NCBI GenBank assembly: GCA_963848135.1 | Contig: CAWKCK010000004.1 | Coordinates: 248,001-305,706, forward strand | Direction: 5' to 3' | Length of the DNA: 57,706 bases | Source of the DNA: an uncultured delta proteobacterium | GTDB lineage: Bacteria; Desulfobacterota; Desulfobacteria; Desulfobacterales; SG8-13 | Shown here: positions 51,118-57,706 of the stretch, piece by piece | Layout: each line of letters opens with the position of its first letter | Numbering within the stretch: position 1 is the first letter of the stretch | Notes under the pieces: generated by a model | Told to the model about the DNA's origin: nothing | The model's database searches: none | The model's input: only the letters and a program-made list of their open reading frames with translations | Made by a program: the position numbers and the translations under genes

Positions 51118-52342
51118 CTAAATGTTTTGATGCACAGATATTGCATCCTCTGATGATCTAATATTAGCAGCCTGTTGCTTGACTCTGTCATTACCATCAT
51201 CAACCTCCCAGGCGTTTTCATCATTTCCGATTAGCCCGAGATATATAGCTTTGGCATGCGCAGCTTTGCACAAGTACTCTATTGGTGTATCCAAGGTGCC
51301 GTTTTCTATCCATGATTTTCCGGGGCATTGTTCACAGAGTCCTTTTAGGAAACAACGTGCACACTTCGCCAGGTATTCAGGGTTGACGGCATCACGGGCT
51401 CGAATATCACGCGCAAAATCGACAACGGCCTCCCGCAGGTTCCCGGTACTCACATTATAGACGGTTTCAGGGTGTCGGAGCAACAAGCAAAGCTGAAAAC
51501 GGCCATATGCGTCAACCGAACCGTTTTGCACGCCGGCACCGCAAGTGAAGAGGCGGTTTCCACCAGTCTTCATGAATTTTGAGCAAAACTGGTTCATAGC
51601 TCTTGAAAATTCGGCTTGATTCCTGGTTAAGAACGTTAATGTATCTTCAGGTGCCAAACGCAATTGTTTAATTTGTGAATTCTTTGTTTCTGAATCTCGT
51701 CGACATCTTAGATTGAGTGAAAGTGTATATGATGGCTTTTGAATTTCCTCGGGTAAAGAAGAAACCCAACTTTCAAATGCATCAATTTCTTGGATTGAAG
51801 ACGGTAATAAAACATTTTTTATTCCAAAAGGGACCTTATAATCCAGCAAGAGTCGGATTCCGAGATAGGCAGCCTCGTATGAGCCCGGCGCCCGGCTAAC
51901 CGCCTCATAAGTGCCTTTTTGTAAACCATAATTAGAGATTTCAATTTTTTCCAGCGGTGGTAATTTGGCAAAAAGAGCGGCCAGACGGGGTGTGATCAAT
52001 GTGGCGTTCGTGGACAGAATTACCTTTATGCCGCACCTTCTAGTGTGGACGTAAATTTCCTCAAAGTCTTCTCTTAGCAGAGGCTCGCCTCCCGTAAATT
52101 TGACAGTTAAACATCCTAAGGCCGCCGCCTCATCAATAATTTTTTTTAATTCATGAGTCCCCAGTTCCCCCTTTTTATATATCTTCATCATCTGCCGGTT
52201 GGTTGATATAACAATGGATGCAATCATTGTTACAGCGTTCCGTCAGTTCAATGTCGAGTTTTGTTAAAAGAGGTTTACGGGTTTTCCATAATCCAGACTG
52301 GCCTGCTTTTATTTTTTCGAAATATGAATTGATTCTTTTCAT
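51118..52342 (-). CDS. Radical SAM/SPASM maturase 1 (frameshift near 52180)
   Basis: N-terminal frame MKRINSYFEK...DIELTERCNNDCIHCYIN, then TGGEPL, STNA and CGAG...C...CARCFLKGLCEQCPG...C. Confidence 0.9.
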
Positions 52343-52448
52343 TCAATTTTTATTCTTAAAAAGCCAGATATTTTCCCCGGGCAGAGAAGACTGTTTGTGA
52401 AAAGTCTGTGTGCGCCTGTAGCCTATATATGGTTTTAATATTATGAAA

Positions 52449-53337
52449 TTATTGATTTAAAAGTAAACTTTTAAATTGTTTGATTATTTTACCGCTTTTG
52501 TCAAAACTCATTTCATAGCAGGGGACCTCCTGCGCCGTTTGTTCAATAAGGCTTATCATCGATTCCCACCAGGAAGCCGTCACAAATGGCTTTATCAAGC
52601 ACGATAACAGGTTTTTGAAAATTTCTTTTTTATCTTCGATTCGGGTGATTCGATTCTCTACAGCCTTGTTTAGAAATAAGATATGTTTCAACCCGGTCGA
52701 TTCGGTGACACGTCAGTCACATCACCATGACTCCAAGTTCCATGAATCTTTAGCCCTTCTTTCCAACTGCGGACGATAACCCGATCATCGGAAAGAATTA
52801 TTGCCTCGTTTTTTATCATTTTGGCGATTGTCGATTTTCCAGCCGTCGAATGGCCCACAAATAACAGTCCTTGATTGTCAATAATAGCGCCGCATGAATG
52901 CAGATAACAACCATGCCTTGGGGCTAATGTTTGGGCAATTAAGAGCTGATCTGTCGGGAAAAGAGTTAGGGCGCCTAAATTACCTCTTTGGAAAGCGTCT
53001 TCACTCGGGTTGTATATCTCGGCTTGGCTGTAATCGTGGTTGAAAATCGCTACGCGATGATAATCGTTGTTTTCTCCATTGGTTGAATCCCGAGATAAAT
53101 CCATGAATCGCTGTTTCGGTAAATCGCCCAGGGCGGTTTGCAGTAGACTCGCTGGCCCAATTCCCATTTGCCGACATCCGGTAAGCAGAAATGATGGCGG
53201 ATGGTAATCGTATCATCTCCGGGGCCCTCCACTTCAAAGAGTTTGAATTTAGGTTGGAATGTCGTGTCTTGTATTGGGAGGTCGGATATTACCTGAAAGG
53301 TAATCCCACCGCACTGATAGTAACGACAGCGGCTCAT
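52449..53337 (-). CDS. HPr-kinase-like P-loop protein (two frameshifts, ~53085 and ~52690)
   Basis: Three consecutive ORF fragments join into YLHSCG...GHSTAGKST...LSDDR...GTW.HG...ILFL...VPCY. Confidence 0.8.
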
Positions 53338-53380
53338 CGCATGTGCTCCGAGATAATAAGATTAAGGAAATTGGACTGCT

Positions 53381-54514
53381 TTATGCAGTGTAGTTTCTGA
53401 GAAGTTTCCCCAAACCGATCGACAATAGCTTGGGCTGGCGGAGGCAGAGATGAAAAATGAGCTTAATGCTTTCGTCACGGGTATAAGTGCTTAAAATTTT
53501 AAGGATTGAGGGCTTCAGATGATCGAATAATTCGACGTAGTCGTTTTGAGTAAAACTATTTAGGGATTTTCTAATAATCCAATGCAGTTTGAGCTCGCTG
53601 CGTAATTTAGTCAGGTTTTCCTGATCATTCTTACCTAGAATATGGTCGACCACGGATAGGGCACCGCGAATCCGGTAACGACACCCCCAACAGTTGATGA
53701 TTTCACATGACCAGCAGCGTCGCCGACTAGGTAGACATCTCCCTTCCCGATTCGGCGGTGAATAGGTACCCAGCGATGGTAAATAGGCGTCAGTGCACTT
53801 TGGAACGAAGGAGGGTTTCAAACCTTTTCTCCTCATGAACTGCTCAAGCGAATGACGGCCTCTCTGCATGTCTTCTGCAATCAGTCCGAGAACCCCTTCG
53901 GATGACGAATGGGGAATCAGCCAGTAAAAATATGGCGTATCCTCAGGTAAAAACCAAACCCGAGAGGTATCCGATGGCATATCTGAAGGAAGTTTAACCA
54001 CTGCCTGGATCAATGGTGCGGTTTTCTGACGCGGCCATCCGCCAAATTTTGCCACGTTGCTGAAAGCACCATCCGCACCAATGAGAATATGTGTCGACGC
54101 TTCTTTTGCATTTGCAAAGCCATTGTTGGTTACTCGAAACTTCAGGCGGGTTCCATTGGGTTTGAAATCAAGGAAGCGTTGGTCTGAATGAATTTTGGCG
54201 CCATTTACCCTGGCCCTATCGGCAAGTTCATTCAGCAGTTTGGTACGTTCAATGACTAAATCCGGTTTGGGCAAGGATACTTTAGCCATACGACCGTTGG
54301 CGAAAAGTTCAAAACAGTTAATCTTGTTTAGCACCGTATCTTCGTTTAGGGAGCCAATCAATTTAGACAACTCGTGAGTGACAATCAATGTTCGTGGCTG
54401 TGTGGCTAAATTCTTTGACGCCTCAAAAATGCTGACATCCAAACCTTTTCGGCCAGAAGGGCTGCGGCTAAAAGACCTGCCGCCGACCCGCCGATTACCG
54501 CAACATCTTTTATT
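53381..54514 (-). CDS. FAD-dependent oxidoreductase, geranylgeranyl-reductase-like (frameshifted)
   Basis: DVAVIGGSAAGL in the upstream frame, LIGADGA, YFYWLIP, and LVGDAAGHVK..TVGG in a shifted frame. Start uncertain. Confidence 0.8.
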   Translation of the reverse strand, partial: NKRCCGNRRVGGRSFSRSPSGRKGLDVSIFEASKNLATQPRTLIVTHELSKLIGSLNEDTVLNKINCFELFANGRMAKVSLPKPDLVIERTKLLNELADRARVNGAKIHSDQRFLDFKPNGTRLKFRVTNNGFANAKEASTHILIGADGAFSNVAKFGGWPRQKTAPLIQAVVKLPSDMPSDTSRVWFLPEDTPYFYWLIPHSSSEGVLGLIAEDMQRGRHSLEQFMRRKGLKPSFVPKCTDAYLPSLGTYSPPNREGRCLPSRRRCWSCEIINCWGCRYRIRGALSVVDHILGKNDQENLTKLRSELKLHWIIRKSLNSFTQNDYVELFDHLKPSILKILSTYTRDESIKLIFHLCLRQPKLLSIGLGKLLRNYTA

Positions 54515-54662
54515 ATATAAAATTCCCTAAAATTGAAATAGCTTTGCTAAGAAATAAAGAACCTCTTTTATAGGCGAGAAGCAATAATAAGTTAATAATA
54601 TTTATTTGTCAATAAATACGAATAGTTGGTCTGTTATTTTTTATTAATTGATCTCTTATTTA

Positions 54663-56260
54663 GGTGCTTCTCCAATTTAGTTGGTATGAATCTCCCCCGA
54701 ATCAGTGGACACCGAGTTAAGCCGCAAGAGAGAAAGTTACGTATTCCTGCGGCGTTGCATATCCGAGTGCCGAGTGACGCCTTTTTCGGTTGTAGAAGAT
54801 TTCTATGTAATCAAAATAGGCTGTTGGTTGCCTGAGACCTGCTCAGGTACCGGTGATGGTTCACCCATTCGGTTTTGAGCAGACGAAAAAAGCTTTCCGC
54901 AACAGCATTGTCGTAACAGTTTCCTTTGCGGCTCATACTGCAAGTAATGGCATGCTTGGAAAGGAGTTTTATGATAATCGCCGGAAGCGTATTGACTGCC
55001 CCGATCCGAGTGGTGAATCAAGCCCTGTGCAGGAGTTCGAAGGCCAAGAGCCATCTGCAGTGCATCGATCGCCAATTGGCGGGTCATCCGAGATGAAGTT
55101 GCCCAACCGACGATCTCGCGGTTGAACAGATCCAGCAGCACGGCCAGATATAGCCATCCTTTCTCGGTATGGATGTAGGTAATATCGCTAACCCAAGTAC
55201 GGTCAGGAGCATCCACAGTGAAATCCTGATTCAGCAGGTTTGGCGCTAACGGCAGGTTGTGCCGGGAATTGGTCGTCGCTTTGAATTTCTTTTTGGTCCG
55301 AGACCGGATACCGGCTTCACGCATGATTCGGGCGACACGGTTTTTACCGCATCGCACGCCATCATCGATAAGATCCCGGTGAATCTTGGGTGATCCGTAG
55401 ATACCGTGACTGGCGGCATGAAAGACGCGGATCTTGTCTTCCAGAGCTCGGTTCTCAAGACTTCGACGGCTCTCGGGACGCTTCAACCAGGTATAATAAC
55501 CAGAGCGGGAGACTTTGAGCAGCGTGCACATGCGGCCTACCTTGAACGTCTCCCGGTGGGCAGAGATGAAACGAAATTTCATTCTGATCCTCCGCAAAGT
55601 AGGCCAGCGCTTTTTTTAAGATAGCACGCTCTTCGGTAACATGCTCCAATTTCCGCTGGAAATGGCGCAGATTCTTGGTCGTCAGTTTTAAGTTTCCATT
55701 GCCGGGAAATGCGTTTTGTGGATCATTGGCCAGCTGTCTTCTGCAGCGGCGCAGAATGCTGTATTCGATACCAAGATTACGGGAAGCTTCGGCAATGCTG
55801 TAACCCTTTGTCGATGATTAACGACACGGCTTCCAGTTTGAATTCTCGGCTGTAGCTCTTTCTGAGTTTCTTTGACATTGGAACACCTCCTGTTGCCAAT
55901 ATAACTCGGGCTTTTTGAGGTGTATACTAAATTGGAGTAAATCCAGTACCAATTGGTGGTTTGTAAATCAGGTCAACGATTTAATGATAGAATTTTTGTA
56001 TTAGCCACCCGTTCACTTCGTTCACTCGACAGACGCTGACAGACACAGAACTTTTACCTCCGCGACTTGCGGAGGCAAAAACAGCCATCGCTACGCGAAA
56101 AAAGCCGTCTTTTTTGTCTAAAAGGCAAGCGGGTTTTGTCTATGCAGTTCGCCTGGGGAAAAACTATTGTTCGTGTAAGTCTGTGGCTATAAAAGTTATT
56201 GTTTCGAATAGTTCTGGATTAGCTACTCATAAATTACATCCACTATTTTGGAGGTGATCC
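54663..56260. mobile_element. MITE family C copy split by IS3
   Basis: Left end GGTGCTTCTCCAATTTAGTTGGTA at 54663-54686. Remainder 55946-56260 matches ~23640-23910 and ends GGAGGTGATCC. Confidence 0.7.
54687..55945 (-). mobile_element. IS3-family insertion sequence, 1259 bp
   Basis: TG...CA ends with imperfect ~27-bp IRs and a GTA duplication. orfA from 55878 (MSKKLRKSYSREFKLEAV), A7G slippery site at 55610-55617, orfB with [15 protein letters not shown] and [11 protein letters not shown]. Several indels. Confidence 0.93.
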
Positions 56261-56264
56261 CTAA

Positions 56265-56882
56265 TTAAAATTTCTCATCCCTTGATTCCCACCTACCCCT
56301 GAAGCTTATCCAGAATGAAAGCGCAATCAGGTGTATATCCAGGCAAAGAGAGTGCTTGTTAATATAAAGAAGATCGTATTTAAATTTCCGACGAGGTGAG
56401 GAATTTTTAGGTATGTAAACTGTAGCCAAACCGGTCAGGCCTGGGCGAGCCTTCAGTCGATCCCAAAATCCTCTTATTTCCTCATAGTTCACACGATTAC
56501 CTTTTTTATCGGTTAAGATTTCGCCCACAGCGAGCGATCTGGGGCCGACAAAACTCATGTCACCGACCAGGATATTTAGCACCTCGGCAATTCGTCCAAT
56601 CCCATGGTTCTCAGTAATCGGCCTACTTTCGTAATGCGAGCGTCTTTTTCCTAACTTTAACAATGCCATATTTTTTTTCGGCATCAGGCACCATGGTTCT
56701 AAATTTGTAAACACCAAAACGCTTCCCGTTCCTGCCCCACCGCTTTTGACGGAAAACGGCCCGCCGTCTTCGAGTTTTATTGCCATTGAAATTGGTAAAA
56801 CCACCGGCAAAGACATCCCCAACATCAACATAGATAAGGCTATGTCCAGGATGCGTTTAAGGGTAGGCTCCTGGTAATTCAT
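56265..56882 (-). CDS. Sugar transferase (priming/undecaprenyl-phosphate glycosyltransferase family), internal frameshifts
   Basis: KRILDI, GDMSFVGPR, RPGLTGLA and YDLLYI motifs. Confidence 0.85.
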   Translation of the reverse strand: MNYQEPTLKRILDIALSMLMLGMSLPVVLPISMAIKLEDGGPFSVKSGGAGTGSVLVFTNLEPWCLMPKKNMALLKLGKRRSHYESRPITENHGIGRIAEVLNILVGDMSFVGPRSLAVGEILTDKKGNRVNYEEIRGFWDRLKARPGLTGLATVYIPKNSSPRRKFKYDLLYINKHSLCLDIHLIALSFWISFRGRWESRDEKF

Positions 56883-57001
56883 TTAAATTTTGGGTCCTCC
56901 ACAATCGTATTGGAGACGAGGGTCCCAGGATTCATGCGCTTTTGCACTCCGAACGAGAGAAAGCGAGCCCCGTGAGCGGGAACCAAAAGCAGGCGGTTAA
57001 A

Positions 57002-57345
57002 GCAGTCTTTGGTCAACCTGGACGCTAATTTGCCTGAAGGGCAGACTTGGTTATCCCGGGCAGGTCGCCCGGGCTAATAATATTATCTGTGAACTGTCTG
57101 TGTATGTCCGCGGCCAATAAGATTTTTTTTTTCCCCTATCGGTTGTGCCTTTCGACTTTGTGAAATAATTCGCGGTTACAGCAGTCATTGGTCAAACTAA
57201 ATCGTTAATTTGCCTGAAATGCAGACTGGTTTATCCCGGGCAGGTCGCCCGGGCTAATAATAATATCTGTGAATTGTCTGTGTATGTCCGCGGCCAATAA
57301 AATTCTTTTTTGTCCTTATCAGTTGTGCCTTCCGATTTTGTGTAA
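57002..57345. repeat. Diverged tandem duplication, ~180-bp unit x2
   Basis: 57002-~57165 aligns with 57181-~57345 (TATCCCGGGCAGGTCGCCCGGGCTAATAATA...GTCTGTGTATGTCCGCGGCCAATAA). Confidence 0.9.
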
Positions 57346-57706
57346 AAGGTCCCTATATCGCAGGATTATTTTATCCTTGGCGTAGTTCGTCACAACATAC
57401 TCAGGGCCGTTTTTCCCGAGCCTGTCGAGTTCATCCGGGTCGCTTTGCATCCGAACGATCGCATCTGCCAGGGCAGGGGGGTCTTCAGGAGGGTACCAGT
57501 TACACCGCAGTCTCCTTCTTTGATTAGACGAGCAATTTCTGAATCTGCTGGTACTGACGCAATAAGATAATTAATCGCTTGCTCATGCTGTTAGCGTCAC
57601 GTTTTGCTGGGAACATATCGAACTGGCCGAAAGTCTGTCCGGTCGAGGGTGACCACGGAAACGTCGGCAGCAGCTAACATTTCAGGCAGGATCTGTGCGG
57701 GTTGTG
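57319..57706 (-). CDS. Glycosyltransferase family 4, C-terminal fragment (runs off window, multiple indels)
   Basis: MLAAADVSVV, VPSK, SEIARLI..GDCG, PPEDPPALADAI and LGKNG..YV across frames. Confidence 0.7.

Noticed and set aside
51047..51213. Diversity-generating retroelement TR/VR pair
   Set aside because: Mismatches are not restricted to adenines and there is no reverse transcriptase in the window.
45307..53337. Classical lasso peptide or PQQ cluster
   Set aside because: No asparagine-synthetase-like cyclase, no transglutaminase-like B2 protease, no pqqB/pqqC, and no ExxxY core within the window.

Overview
Bacterial chromosomal window, most likely a sulfate-reducing Desulfobacterales/Desulfobacterota (inferred from gene content and order, not from a search). 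It has four parts. (1) 1-6.9 kb is accessory: an archaemetzincin-like protease, a PilZ protein, and a decayed tRNA-Arg-linked island with an integrase remnant, an RHH regulator and two unannotated PEP-CTERM-like micro-peptides. (2) 7-29.5 kb is housekeeping: UDP-GlcA decarboxylase, fcl, coaBC, UDG, NfeD/SPFH, xerC, hslVU, argB-argD-argG-argH, lysA, dapF, folK, fsa, pgsA, tRNA-Gly and tRNA-Cys. (3) 29.6-41.6 kb is a signalling block: two receiver proteins, a c-di-GMP-I riboswitch ahead of a PilZ gene, sigma54 promoters, an HD protein, a GAF histidine kinase and a CHASE2 adenylate cyclase. (4) 41.6-57.7 kb is a minus-strand polysaccharide locus containing the most interesting feature, an apparently complete uncharacterised RiPP cassette. 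It encodes an HPr-kinase-like protein, two radical SAM/SPASM enzymes, a 60-aa precursor (lasso-type WxxPxL leader, 3 Cys, C-terminal Ser), a PqqD/RRE, an S24/S26 peptidase, an ABC exporter and a nucleotidyltransferase, but no lasso cyclase. At least six MITE-like repeat families fill the intergenic space, including a 26-bp TIR-only copy and a copy interrupted by an IS3 element. The many frameshifts beyond ~50 kb look like sequencing indels rather than true pseudogenes.
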